Below, piece by piece: positions 8,896 to 18,548 of a stretch of 56,996 bases of DNA. The translations under genes and the position numbers were made by a program. The first letter of the stretch is position 1; the number at the start of each line of letters is the position of its first letter. The DNA comes from an uncultured Caulobacterales bacterium (lineage in GTDB: Bacteria > Pseudomonadota > Alphaproteobacteria > Caulobacterales > Maricaulaceae): positions 1-56,996 of the forward strand of contig CAYGQB010000001.1 in assembly GCA_964351895.1 (NCBI GenBank). The letters are read 5' to 3'. Under the pieces are notes generated by a model. The model worked only from the letters and a program-made list of their open reading frames with translations. It ran no database searches and was not told where the DNA came from.

Positions 8896-10287
8896 TCAAG
8901 CGGGACGCGTTGCGGCGTGGGTGACGTTGCGGCTCACCTGCGCCACCCGGCCGCCGGCCGCCATCCATATCGCCGCCGCCTGGGCCCAGGCGAACAGCAC
9001 CGTATAGGCGGGCGCGGTAAAGCTGGGCGCGAACACACCCCGCGCCGCATCGCCAAAGAGCGCCGCGGCCGTCGGCGCCGCGACCAGATAGAGAAGTGCA
9101 ATCACGACGACGGCGGCCGTGTCGGCGCGTCGCTGGCGCGGCCCGGCGTGGAAGAACAAGAAGATGCCAATGTCGCGGGCAAGGAACCCAAGGGCGCCCA
9201 GCGCGATCCAAGGGCGCCACAAGTCAACATCAAACTCCGTGCGCAGGCGCTCCAATGGGATCATGGGGCTGTGCACCTGTAGCGCCAACGCCAGCGCCGC
9301 AGCGGCCAGAAAGCCCCAGCCAAAGGCTGGCAACAATCCCAGGACACGGCCGACATCGCCGCGCGCGGCCGCCCCCATCCAGGCGCGCAAATCCACCAAG
9401 CTCTTGGGCTCGACCAAGAGCGCGACCGCGGTCGCCAGGTGCACGATCACATAGGCGCCGATCAGCCCCACGGTGAAGTTTTCCGCCACGCCCAGGCCGA
9501 TGACCCACACCGGCAGGAACACCAAGAACGCCGGCCAGACGATTGGCGCATTGGTCATCATCAGTTCAAGCCGCATCAGCCGCCAACAACCAAGCACCGC
9601 AAAGACGGCGAACGCCAGCGTGCTCAAGAGCAAAAAAGCCGTTACGGGAACCGACAGTCCCCACCAGACGATCTGGGTTTGGGCCACCGGCGCATCGCCG
9701 GCCGCGCTCTGAAGCACCTGGGCAAAGAGCGCGACATTGCCAGCCGCATAGCTCCATGAGGCGGCAAGCGCTGCAGCGAGGCCGGCGAGCTGATGCGGCA
9801 ATATGGCGACCTTCGCGTCGGCGTGGCCGCGCCGCGCCGACAACAGCGCCGAGCCGAGCGCCACGGCGTGCGCCAACAGCCCAATCGCCACGAGGGACGC
9901 GGCCTTGCGCAGGCCTTCGCCCAGTGCGCCGTCCGCCGCCGCCCCCACCAGGATCAATCCCAGCGCCACCGCGCCGGCCGCCCAGGTGAAGCTGGTGGCG
10001 CCATAAAGCTTGCCGATGGTCATGGCCGCCGGCCGGATCGAAGACAGACGTTGAAAATCCCAGGTGCGCTCTCGCAACTCGCCGATGACGGCGCGGGCCG
10101 CGTTGCGCGTTCCCCAGATGATGACCGCAATGATGAAGGCAAACTCGCCAAGCGCCGGCAGGGCAACCACGCCTTCGCCGGGCAAAATCAGGATGGCCGC
10201 CACGATGATGGCGAACACGCCGCCCATGAAGGCCAGGCGCGACGGCGCGCACTCCAGCCACAGGTTGCGTTGCAGTTCGGGATTCAT
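8896..10287 (-). CDS. ABC transporter permease-like polytopic membrane protein
   Basis: 463 aa, many TM helices. ATGA start/stop overlap with the upstream ABC ATPase gene. Confidence 0.65.
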   Translation of the reverse strand: MNPELQRNLWLECAPSRLAFMGGVFAIIVAAILILPGEGVVALPALGEFAFIIAVIIWGTRNAARAVIGELRERTWDFQRLSSIRPAAMTIGKLYGATSFTWAAGAVALGLILVGAAADGALGEGLRKAASLVAIGLLAHAVALGSALLSARRGHADAKVAILPHQLAGLAAALAASWSYAAGNVALFAQVLQSAAGDAPVAQTQIVWWGLSVPVTAFLLLSTLAFAVFAVLGCWRLMRLELMMTNAPIVWPAFLVFLPVWVIGLGVAENFTVGLIGAYVIVHLATAVALLVEPKSLVDLRAWMGAAARGDVGRVLGLLPAFGWGFLAAAALALALQVHSPMIPLERLRTEFDVDLWRPWIALGALGFLARDIGIFLFFHAGPRQRRADTAAVVVIALLYLVAAPTAAALFGDAARGVFAPSFTAPAYTVLFAWAQAAAIWMAAGGRVAQVSRNVTHAATRPA

Positions 10288-11216
10288 GAGCCCGCTCCCG
10301 GGTCAGCCGCCGCCATTTCGCGCACGTAGGTTTGCTCAAGAGCGCGCGTGTCCTGGGTAAAGCTTTCTACCGTCAGGCCGGCGTCCACTAAGCTCTTCAA
10401 GAGGCCGGCCCCCGCCCCGTCGCGCGCCGCGAGCACCGCCGTGTCTTGGTTCACCTCAATCAGGGCTTGCGCGACGTCCGGCAGAGCCTGCAGGCGAGCA
10501 GCCAGATCAGCCGGCGGATTGGCGAACACCACGCGCACGCGACGACCGGCGTCCGGATCGACAGCGGGCACCGCCCGGTCGTGCACAATCCGCCCGTCGC
10601 GCATCATCACCATCTGATCACAATAGTCTTCAAGCTCGGCCAGAATGTGAGAGGAGACGATCAGGGTCGCCCCATCGGCGGCCAGGCTGCGGATTAAGTC
10701 AGACAGGGTGCGCCGCGCCTCAGGATCAAGGCCCGCGGACGGCTCGTCGAGCAGTAGTACGCGCGGCTCGTGCACCAGCGCCTGGCCAATGGCGAGGCGT
10801 TGGCGCAAGCCGCGAGACAATTCTCCTGCCCGCGCATTCATCCGATCGCTCAAGCCAACACGTTCGGCCGCCTTGTCGGCCGCGATGGCGACCTGAGACC
10901 CCGTTACGCCGCGCGCCATGGCCGCATAAGACAGGCACCGGCGCGCTGATAGCTCATCGTAGAGCCCGAAGAAGTCGGGCAAGAACCCGACGCGTGCGTG
11001 CACGCCGCGCGGATCCTTTGCCGTGTCCACCCCATCGATCTTCACCCTTCCTGAGAACGGCCGCTCCAACGCCGCCAGGCATCGCAGCAGCGTGGATTTG
11101 CCCGCTCCATTGGGACCGACAAGCGCGGTCACGGTGCGCGGCTCAATCGCCACCGACACCCCGAAAAGGGCGCGCTGCGTGGGGTAATCGAACACGAGCT
11201 TTTCAACGTCGATCAC
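10284..11216 (-). CDS. ABC transporter ATP-binding protein
   Basis: Walker A GPNGAGKST, signature LSRGLRQR, Walker B LLLLDEP. Confidence 0.9.
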   Translation of the reverse strand: MIDVEKLVFDYPTQRALFGVSVAIEPRTVTALVGPNGAGKSTLLRCLAALERPFSGRVKIDGVDTAKDPRGVHARVGFLPDFFGLYDELSARRCLSYAAMARGVTGSQVAIAADKAAERVGLSDRMNARAGELSRGLRQRLAIGQALVHEPRVLLLDEPSAGLDPEARRTLSDLIRSLAADGATLIVSSHILAELEDYCDQMVMMRDGRIVHDRAVPAVDPDAGRRVRVVFANPPADLAARLQALPDVAQALIEVNQDTAVLAARDGAGAGLLKSLVDAGLTVESFTQDTRALEQTYVREMAAADPGAGS

Positions 11217-11522
11217 GCGCGCCTCCCTCTAAGCTGGACACTTGCCCGGCGCCAGTAATGGTCATCTAGACCCCACTGGCATCATGTTTGTCGATCAGTT
11301 CTTATTGTTATTCGAGAAGTGTGGCGCCATCGGGGCAGGCTTGTCTAGTGCTGGGGAGGGCTCTGATCAGCTCTTGCGCGCCACCTTGCACGCGCAAAGC
11401 TCATGACGCGCCGCGCTGGTCCTCTCCGCACGCACCCTTGTCAGAAGAAACGGAACCCGGCACATGCAGACCGAACGCGGCGCACACATCTGGCGCTGCA
11501 CACGCGTTGCGAGGAACATGAC

Positions 11523-12404
11523 ATGGCTGCCGCCGGACTGGAATTTACCCCCCGCCCCTCAGGTCTAGGTCAAGCCTTGACCAACATCTTGCCCACGCCG
11601 CTTGACCCTTACGCTGAGCTCATGGCCAACGCGGCCTTGGCGCTGGTGACGCTGCTGGTGGGACTGTGGATCGCAGGGTTTGCCTCCAACATCGTGCGCA
11701 TGCGGTCCTTGCGCAGTCCGCGCATCGACGACACGCTGGGCAACTTTTTTGCCTCCATCGTGCGCTATCTGATCATCGCCTTTGTTGTGATTGCCGTGTT
11801 GCAGCGGTTTGGCGTTGAGGCGACCAGCCTGGTGGCGGTGTTGGGCGCGGCGACACTGGCCATTGGCTTAGCGTTGCAGGGCACGCTCGGCAATGTCGCG
11901 TCCGGCGTGATGTTGATCTTCTTTCGCCCCTATAAGCTTGGCGATTTTGTCGAGCTGGACGGCCATGAGGGCACGGTCAAAGACCTCAACATCTTTACGA
12001 CTGAACTGGCGACCGTCGACAATGTGAAAGTCATCATTCCCAACGGGGCGGCTTGGGCCGGCTCGGTCGTCAACTATTCAGGCCATCCCGAACGCCGGAT
12101 CGATACGACGGTTGGCATCTCCTACGACGACGACATGGACAAGGCGATGGGTCTGATGTCTGCGATCGCTGATGCTGACCCGCGCATTCTCAATAGCCCA
12201 GAAGCGCCCTGGGTGCGGGTCGTGGAGTTGAACGAAAGCTCAGTCGATCTGCAGCTGCGCGTCTGGGTCGCCGGCAAAGACTACTGGGACGTGAAGTTTG
12301 AACTTCTCAAGGCGATCAAGATGTCGTTTGACACCAACAACATCGAGATCCCGTATCCGCACGCCGTGGAAATCGAGAAGCCCTATACGCCCCGGAAAAC
12401 ATAG
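11523..12404 (+). CDS. small-conductance mechanosensitive channel (MscS family)
   Basis: Three N-terminal TM helices then MscS beta-domain motifs (FRPYKLGDFVE, GTVKDLNIFTTEL). Start set at ATG 11523. Confidence 0.8.
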   Translation: MAAAGLEFTPRPSGLGQALTNILPTPLDPYAELMANAALALVTLLVGLWIAGFASNIVRMRSLRSPRIDDTLGNFFASIVRYLIIAFVVIAVLQRFGVEATSLVAVLGAATLAIGLALQGTLGNVASGVMLIFFRPYKLGDFVELDGHEGTVKDLNIFTTELATVDNVKVIIPNGAAWAGSVVNYSGHPERRIDTTVGISYDDDMDKAMGLMSAIADADPRILNSPEAPWVRVVELNESSVDLQLRVWVAGKDYWDVKFELLKAIKMSFDTNNIEIPYPHAVEIEKPYTPRKT

Positions 12405-12413
12405 AGGACTGCG

Positions 12414-12734
12414 ATGGCCTCGCCTTCCGTAAAATCCGTCCCAGCGCCGCGCCCCAGCGTATCGCCCTGGCGCGGCTGGAAGCGTGTGCTGGGCGCGTCG
12501 TTGTTCTGCTTGGCGGGCGGCTTGGCGATCACGCTGATCGAGGCTGACCCGGGCGGCGCAGCGGCGGCGGCGCGCGGCGCAGGCGCTCTGGGAGAAGGCG
12601 CAGGACGGCTTGGGGCGGGGGTCGCTGTCTGGGCCAAGGACGCGCTGGTGCTCATCGGAACCCTCGGCGTTTTGGCGGTCCTGGTGCGACGCGCCCTGTC
12701 GCGGCGCGCCCGACGCGCGTCCGGCGCGCCATGA
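12414..12734 (+). CDS. hypothetical small membrane protein
   Basis: 106 aa, two hydrophobic segments. ATGA overlap with the next gene suggests coupling. Composition is Ala/Gly/Arg-rich, so it could be spurious. Confidence 0.4.
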   Translation: MASPSVKSVPAPRPSVSPWRGWKRVLGASLFCLAGGLAITLIEADPGGAAAAARGAGALGEGAGRLGAGVAVWAKDALVLIGTLGVLAVLVRRALSRRARRASGAP

Positions 12735-13225
12735 CGAACCCGGCGCTGCAAAAGGTGCTGGACGAGGTGATGGCCCTGGCCGACACCGCCTCGCCGCACG
12801 CCGTTGCCTTGGGCTTGCGCTTTGTCTCTTTGACGCCAGAGCTGTGCGTGGCTGAGGCCGCCTACAACGAAAACCTGATCGGCGATCCAGAAACCGGCGT
12901 TCTGCATGGCGGGGTCGCCACCGCGCTATTGGACCATGTCTCGGGCATGGCCGCCTTTGCCGGACTGGGCGCGGCGGCGGCGCCAGCGACGCTCGATCTG
13001 CGCATCGACTACTTGCGCGCTGCGGCCCCTGGCAGGGCCTTGCGGGCTGAGGCGCGCTGCGTGCGCGCAACTCCGATCTTGGCCTTTGTTTCAGCCGTCG
13101 CGCATGACGGGGACATCGACGACCCGGTCGCCTTGGCGCGAGCCGCCTTCATGGTGCCCAAGGCAAATGTGGAGCAAGCCCAGAAGGCGCGCGAAACACT
13201 GCGCGAGCAGGGCTATGATGTCTGA
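12731..13225 (+). CDS. PaaI-family (hotdog fold) thioesterase
   Basis: Motifs NxxGxLHGGVxATLLD and LDLRIDYLR are typical of PaaI/YigI-type thioesterases. Confidence 0.75.
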   Translation: MTNPALQKVLDEVMALADTASPHAVALGLRFVSLTPELCVAEAAYNENLIGDPETGVLHGGVATALLDHVSGMAAFAGLGAAAAPATLDLRIDYLRAAAPGRALRAEARCVRATPILAFVSAVAHDGDIDDPVALARAAFMVPKANVEQAQKARETLREQGYDV

Positions 13226-13682
13226 GGTTCTGCCCCCCGCTCCAAACGACCCCGGCGCCGGCCAACTCGCGCACATTCAAGACCGACTGAGGCGCAGCCC
13301 GTACGTGCGTTTCATTGGCGCGCGCTGTGAGCTGCACGGCGATGAGCTGACCTTGATCCTGCCCTATCGCGACGATCTCATCGGTAACCCATTCACGCCG
13401 GCGCTGCACGGCGGAGTGATTGGCGCCACCTTGGAAATCGCCTGCATCGCCCAGCTCGTGGTGCAGCTGGGCTTGAGCGGGTTTCCAAAGCCGGTCGATG
13501 TTTCGGTGGACTATCTGCGCATCGGCCGACCCGTTGACACCTTTGCCCGCGCCCGCGTGCGTCGCCAGGGCTCACGAGTGGCCAATGTGCACGCCCAGGC
13601 CTGGCAAGATCGGCGCGACGCGCCCATCGCCGAGATGCACGGCCACTTTGTCTTGCCGCGCGAAGACGCCCCACCGGCTTAG
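13215..13682 (+). CDS. PaaI-family (hotdog fold) thioesterase, second tandem copy
   Basis: ALHGGVIGATLE and VDVSVDYLR motifs. Start at ATG 13215 overlaps the upstream paralogue by 11 nt. Confidence 0.75.
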   Translation: MMSEVLPPAPNDPGAGQLAHIQDRLRRSPYVRFIGARCELHGDELTLILPYRDDLIGNPFTPALHGGVIGATLEIACIAQLVVQLGLSGFPKPVDVSVDYLRIGRPVDTFARARVRRQGSRVANVHAQAWQDRRDAPIAEMHGHFVLPREDAPPA

Positions 13683-14683
13683 GACGACACCAGGGCCTGA
13701 CCAAGCGCATCGCCTGACGTCCAGGCCGCCTCAATGCGCGCCCCGAGCCGCCAGTCGCCAATCGCGCCGATGCGCAAGTCTGGGTCCCAGCCAAACGGCG
13801 CGCCGGCGGCGGTCGCCACCTGGGCGTAGCGCCAGCGATGCGCCTGCGCCCAGACCACGTCGCGCCCCTCAAGTACGACGGCCAGGCGCGCGGCCAACTC
13901 TTGCGCAACCTCGCTGGCGTCACGCTCCAGGTTTTGGGCCGACCAGGCCGGAGCGGCGTGCGCAACCCAGGCTTCCACCGCGGGGCCTGTGCTGGGCGCG
14001 GGTGCTCCGACCGGCGCGCGCCCGGGCTTACTGGCTTCGCGGGCGACCCACGATAAGACGTCGTCCTCCAGCGCGCCTGCGTCAAAGGACGCCGGAGCGC
14101 GCGCGTCCACGAGCGCCATGAGAGCCCAGCACGGATGCGACGCGCACACGCGCGCCTCGCGCGCGAGATCGGGAGCAGCGCGCCCCAAAAGCTGAGCCTG
14201 CTGCTCGGCAGGCGCTGCGCACACCACCGTATCAAAAGGCCCGCGCGACGTCCCATCGGCGAGTTGCACCAGCCAGGCCCCCGGCTTGCCCTCCAGCCCC
14301 GTCACCTGCGCGCCGAACTCAACCTGGAGCCCCTCAAGCGCCGCCTTGACCACGGCGTTCATGCTCGGCGCGCCAACGTAAATTTGCTCGTCGCGCGCCG
14401 GACGTCCGATCCGCCGCGGCGTCCATGTCGCCGCCGCGCCGGCGCGGATCCAAATCTCTAGCGCATCCAGAAAGGCGGCGCTGCGGGCCGTGAAGTGCTG
14501 CGCCCCGTGATCAAAGCGCACTTCACCAAAGGGGGTGTCGACCCGCCGGGTTGAGAGCCGGCCGCCCGGGCCGCGTCCCTTGTCCAAGAGCACCGCAGAG
14601 ACGCCGCCAAGCTGGAGGCGGCGCGCGCACTGAGCCCCCGCCACCCCGGCGCCGATGATCGCCACCTGTTCTCTCGTCGCCAT
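13679..14683 (-). CDS. NAD(P)/FAD-dependent oxidoreductase (renalase-like amine-oxidase fold)
   Basis: N-terminal dinucleotide fold VAIIGAGVAGAQCA...LLDKGRGPGGRL, and FDHGAQHFTA. Confidence 0.8.
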   Translation of the reverse strand: MATREQVAIIGAGVAGAQCARRLQLGGVSAVLLDKGRGPGGRLSTRRVDTPFGEVRFDHGAQHFTARSAAFLDALEIWIRAGAAATWTPRRIGRPARDEQIYVGAPSMNAVVKAALEGLQVEFGAQVTGLEGKPGAWLVQLADGTSRGPFDTVVCAAPAEQQAQLLGRAAPDLAREARVCASHPCWALMALVDARAPASFDAGALEDDVLSWVAREASKPGRAPVGAPAPSTGPAVEAWVAHAAPAWSAQNLERDASEVAQELAARLAVVLEGRDVVWAQAHRWRYAQVATAAGAPFGWDPDLRIGAIGDWRLGARIEAAWTSGDALGQALVSS

Positions 14684-14848
14684 GTCGCGCGCCCCTTCGT
14701 GTGATCTTGCCGCTCACCTAGCCTGTTTCGGCCGAAAGTGGAGGCCGGCGCCCTTTGTGGCGGGGAGTGGCGGGGAGTGGCGGGCGCGCGCGCGCCCCTG
14801 ACATCACGGGCTCTGGTCGCTGACCGGCGCCGCACCATCTCATCGTGT

Positions 14849-15277
14849 ATGATCACGAGCCCCCCTACAGCACCCCGACCCGCCACAATAGGCAAAACCG
14901 TCATGCTGCATGACGGAGCTTGCGCCCTGTGCCGCGCCGAGGTGGCGCACTATCGCGCGCTGGACGCCAACCAGGAGATCGTTTTCGTCGACGCGAGCGA
15001 TCAGGATGCGCTGACCGCCGCCTCGCCCGTCATCAGCGTCGGCCAGGACGACGCCCTGGCGCGGCTGCATGTCCTAACCCCAGAGGGCGAGGTGGTCACC
15101 GGCGCGCGCGCCTTTGTCGCTGTTTGGCGCGTGTTGCCGGGCTGGCGCCACCTGGCCCCCCTCGCCAGCTTACCCGGCGTCATCCACCTTCTGGAGGAGC
15201 TCTATCGACTGTCTCTGCACGTGCGTCCGCCCCTAGCGCGATGGGTGGCGCGCCGCGCCGCCAAGCGGCTGTCGTGA
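14849..15277 (+). CDS. DCC-family thiol-disulfide oxidoreductase (DUF393)
   Basis: HDGACALC (DxxCxxC) motif close to the N-terminus. Start is ambiguous (14849 or 14903). Confidence 0.7.
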   Translation: MITSPPTAPRPATIGKTVMLHDGACALCRAEVAHYRALDANQEIVFVDASDQDALTAASPVISVGQDDALARLHVLTPEGEVVTGARAFVAVWRVLPGWRHLAPLASLPGVIHLLEELYRLSLHVRPPLARWVARRAAKRLS

Positions 15278-15450
15278 GAGCGAGGCAGGCGCGGACCGCG
15301 CCGCGCCCGCAGAAGATCTGCGTGACCTGCCAGCGTCCTTTCACCTGGCGGAAAAAGTGGGCCCGCGTGTGGGACGAGGTGCGCTACTGCTCGCAGCGCT
15401 GTCGCGGGGCGCGCACGCGCACCCAGCCAATCAATCCGCCCACGGACTGA
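15274..15450 (+). CDS. DUF2256 zinc-ribbon protein
   Basis: [31 protein letters not shown] is the DUF2256 signature. GTG start overlaps the upstream TGA (GTGA). Confidence 0.7.
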   Translation: MRARQARTAPRPQKICVTCQRPFTWRKKWARVWDEVRYCSQRCRGARTRTQPINPPTD

Positions 15451-15696
15451 CACCTCTTCTCTCGTCATCTTCTCGACAGCCAATTGTAATCTTGGCGACA
15501 CGCTGGCGTCAGTCAGGCGCGGTCATGGTTCGGGTCATGGCGCGCCGCCACGGCGCGCTTGGCGCCGAAACGCATCCAAACTCAGCGTCAACGGCATCTG
15601 ACTTACGAGGGCTGCGTGATCTGGCCCACCCCCAGCGCGATCAGCGGCGCAACAACGCTGACGCGCACCACGGTCTGAATGATGAGGAGACACCCC

Positions 15697-16071
15697 ATGA
15701 CAAGCACGAACCACATGCGCCCGACGGCCAACGCACTCGCCCGGCCGCTGGCGACGGCCTTGGCCGCGGCGCTCGCACTCGTTGGCGCCGCCGCCGCACC
15801 GGCCCACGCCGCCAGCAACGCCCAAGGGCACTTTGAGTTTGACTACTCGCCAGTTGAGCTTTCCACCACCAGCGGCGCTAAGATCGTGCTGGCCCGCCTG
15901 CAGGGCGAGGTTACTGACTATTGCGACGAGGCGCTGGCGCGGCGGAGCCTGGACAGCACGCCAGCTCAGATGCGTTGCCAGCGCACCTTGATGGGCCAGT
16001 CCTTGCGCAAGATCGGATCGCCGGAACTGAGCGCCATGGCGCGCAACCTCAGCCCGCGCGCGATCAGCTGA
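15697..16071 (+). CDS. UrcA-family secreted protein
   Basis: Signal peptide ending AHA-AS, then the UrcA-like core (F.YS..ELSTTSGAKIVLARL...C). GAGGAG lies 6 nt upstream of ATG 15697. Confidence 0.6.
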   Translation: MTSTNHMRPTANALARPLATALAAALALVGAAAAPAHAASNAQGHFEFDYSPVELSTTSGAKIVLARLQGEVTDYCDEALARRSLDSTPAQMRCQRTLMGQSLRKIGSPELSAMARNLSPRAIS

Positions 16072-16104
16072 GGCTGTGCTTGACGCATAACTGTGAGCGC
16101 GCCG

Positions 16105-17031
16105 TCATCGGGCGGCGCGCTCATTGAGTGCAGCCGCCGCGGCGTGGTGCAGATAGGTGTGACGGCGCGCCAGATCATCCAGGTCAGGGCTATAGCCGCC
16201 TCCCAAAACGCCAACCAAAGCCGCGCCAGAGGAGACAACCGCGCGGGCAACCATGGCGTCACGCGCTTGCAGTCCAGCGTCGGAGAGGCTGAGGAGGCCA
16301 AGCCGGTCTTCTTTGTGCGGATCAACACCCGCGACATAGAACACCAGCTCCGGTTTCACCTGCGTCAAAAGCATCGACAGATCCGCTTCGACACACGCCA
16401 GGTAACCCGCGTCCTGCGTTCCCGACGCAAGTGGTCGATCAAGGTCGCTGACGGCCTTTCGGTGCGGGAAGTTTTTCTCCGCGTGCACGGAGTATGTGAA
16501 GACGCGCGGCTCTGCGGCAAAGATGCGCGCCGTGCCGTCGCCCTGATGCACGTCCAGGTCAATGACCAGCACCTGTCGCACCACGGCGTCCGCCAGCAAG
16601 AGGGCGGCGGCCACCGCCACGTCGTTAAAGACGCAGAACCCCGCCCCGCCGTCATAGTCGGCGTGATGACTGCCGCCGGCCGTATTACAGGCCGCTCCCG
16701 CCTCTAAGGCCAGGTGGGCCGAAAGCACAGTGCCCGCCGTGGCGCATCGCGCGCGCAGGCCCACGGCCTCGGTCATCGGAAATCCGATGCGGCGCGCGCG
16801 GGCCGGCTCCACGGCCGCCCCAAAGACTTGATCGACATAGGCGCGCGCATGGGCCATCTCCACCCAGGACGCAGGAGCCGGAGCCGGCTGAACAAAGGTG
16901 TCCCAGGTCACCAGGCCGTCGCTGACGAGCCGCGCAGCAACCTGACTGAACTTGCGCATCGGGAAGCGGTGGCCGTCCGGCACGTCGCGCGCGTCATAGG
17001 CGGCATGGTGGACAATGGGGAGGCGAGCCAT
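16105..17031 (-). CDS. histone deacetylase-family (acetoin utilisation / deacetylase) protein
   Basis: HHA...GFCVFNDVAVA and DLDVHQGDGT motifs (HDAC zinc and active site). Start at MARLPIVHH. Confidence 0.85.
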   Translation of the reverse strand: MARLPIVHHAAYDARDVPDGHRFPMRKFSQVAARLVSDGLVTWDTFVQPAPAPASWVEMAHARAYVDQVFGAAVEPARARRIGFPMTEAVGLRARCATAGTVLSAHLALEAGAACNTAGGSHHADYDGGAGFCVFNDVAVAAALLLADAVVRQVLVIDLDVHQGDGTARIFAAEPRVFTYSVHAEKNFPHRKAVSDLDRPLASGTQDAGYLACVEADLSMLLTQVKPELVFYVAGVDPHKEDRLGLLSLSDAGLQARDAMVARAVVSSGAALVGVLGGGYSPDLDDLARRHTYLHHAAAAALNERAAR

Positions 17032-17041
17032 AACAGAGGAT

Positions 17042-18412
17042 ATGGGCCCACGCACGGACGCGCCAACTGGTTCGCCGATCCGGCCGCTGACGCGCAGGTC
17101 GGCGGCGCGTCAGGCCGCGCCCTTGATCATCGCCAATGCCGCAACCCCGCTGGCCGGCGTGGTCGACACCGGCGTCATCGCCGCCGCCAGTCCCGCCGCC
17201 GCGCTGGGCGGCGTGGCGCTGGGCGGGGTCGTCTACACCATCCTTTACGCCACCTTCTACGTCTTGCGCATGAGCACATCCGGCCTCACAGCCCAGGCCG
17301 AGGGCGCGGGCGACGCGGACGCCAGCGCCCGCACGCTAGCGCGCGCGCTCAGCGTCGGCCTCCTGGTGGGGTTTGTGTTGCTTGCCGCAGCGCCGCTTGC
17401 CGCCCAGGCCGGCTTTGCACTCCTCAATGGCCCCGCGGCGGTGGAGGCTGAGGGCCGCGCCTACTTCCTGGCCCGGGCCTGGGGGTTTCCCGGCGCTCTG
17501 GCCATGCTCGCGATCACCGGGTGGCTCATCGGTCGCGGCGAGATGGGCGCCACCCTTGCGGTCAGCCTGATCTTTTCAATCGTGAACATTGTCCTGGATC
17601 TGGTCTTCGTCTTGGGCCTTGGCTGGGGCCTCGGCTGGGGTGTCGCCGGCGTGGGCGCGGCGACCGCCATCGGCGAAACCGCCGGCGCCTTGGTCGGCGC
17701 GGTTCTGGTGCGCCGATCTCTGGCGCGCGGCCCCGCCCTCACTCCTGGCGCCCTTTCATACACACGCGTTCTCGATCTGGCGGCGGCGCGCCGTCTGTTC
17801 GCGGTCAACAGCGATCTGGTCGTGCGCACCTGGAGCCTGATCGCCGGCTTTAGCTGGTTTGCCCATGTTGGGGCGCAGCGCGGCGAAGCGGTGGTGGCCG
17901 GTAATCATGTCCTGTTGCAGATCGTCGCCTTGTGGGCGTTCGTGCTCGACGCCTTTGCCTTTGTCGCGGAGTCTGAGGTGGGCCGCGCCATCGGGGCGCG
18001 CGACCGACGCGCCTTTGGACGCGCGGTGCAGATTACCGGCGAGGCGTCACTGGCGTGCGGCTTGGCGTTTGCGGTGGCAACCCTGGTCTTGGGTCCGCCG
18101 GTGCTCGCCGCCTTGGTGGCGGACGCCGAGGCGGCGGCCCACATTCGCAAATTCCTGCCCTATTGCGCCGCCGTCCCGCTCTTGGGCGCTCTCGCGTGGC
18201 ACCTGGACGGCGTCTTCATTGGCGCGACCCGCTCAAGAGCGATGCGCAACGCCGCGCTCGGCGCGCTGGCGGCCTATCTTGCCAGCCACGCCGTTTTAGC
18301 GCCGTGGCTCGATGTTCATGGCATGTGGCTGGCCTTGCTTGTGTTCTATGTCGCCCGCGCGTTCGCGCTCAGCCTGGCCTATCCCAGCCTGGCGCGCAGC
18401 GTCAGCGCCTAG
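17042..18412 (+). CDS. MATE-family efflux transporter (DinF-like)
   Basis: About 450 aa with 12 predicted TM helices. N-terminal PLIIANAATPLAGVVDTGVI is typical of MATE pumps. Confidence 0.8.
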   Translation: MGPRTDAPTGSPIRPLTRRSAARQAAPLIIANAATPLAGVVDTGVIAAASPAAALGGVALGGVVYTILYATFYVLRMSTSGLTAQAEGAGDADASARTLARALSVGLLVGFVLLAAAPLAAQAGFALLNGPAAVEAEGRAYFLARAWGFPGALAMLAITGWLIGRGEMGATLAVSLIFSIVNIVLDLVFVLGLGWGLGWGVAGVGAATAIGETAGALVGAVLVRRSLARGPALTPGALSYTRVLDLAAARRLFAVNSDLVVRTWSLIAGFSWFAHVGAQRGEAVVAGNHVLLQIVALWAFVLDAFAFVAESEVGRAIGARDRRAFGRAVQITGEASLACGLAFAVATLVLGPPVLAALVADAEAAAHIRKFLPYCAAVPLLGALAWHLDGVFIGATRSRAMRNAALGALAAYLASHAVLAPWLDVHGMWLALLVFYVARAFALSLAYPSLARSVSA

Positions 18413-18440
18413 AGCGTTTCCGCCTTCGGCGGAAACGCTC
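18412..18440. terminator. perfect 13-bp hairpin (GAGCGTTTCCGCC / GGCGGAAACGCTC) between convergent genes; no U-tract
   Basis: Read directly. Starts at the last base of the MATE stop codon. Confidence 0.5.
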
Positions 18441-18548
18441 CCCCGGGCAAGGCCCGTCGGCCGTTTAGGCCGCCCCCGCGGAGGCTGCCGGCGGCACGCC
18501 GTGAGCGAAAAGAATCCGACGACCGATTCCGTCAAAGACGGAAGCGGT

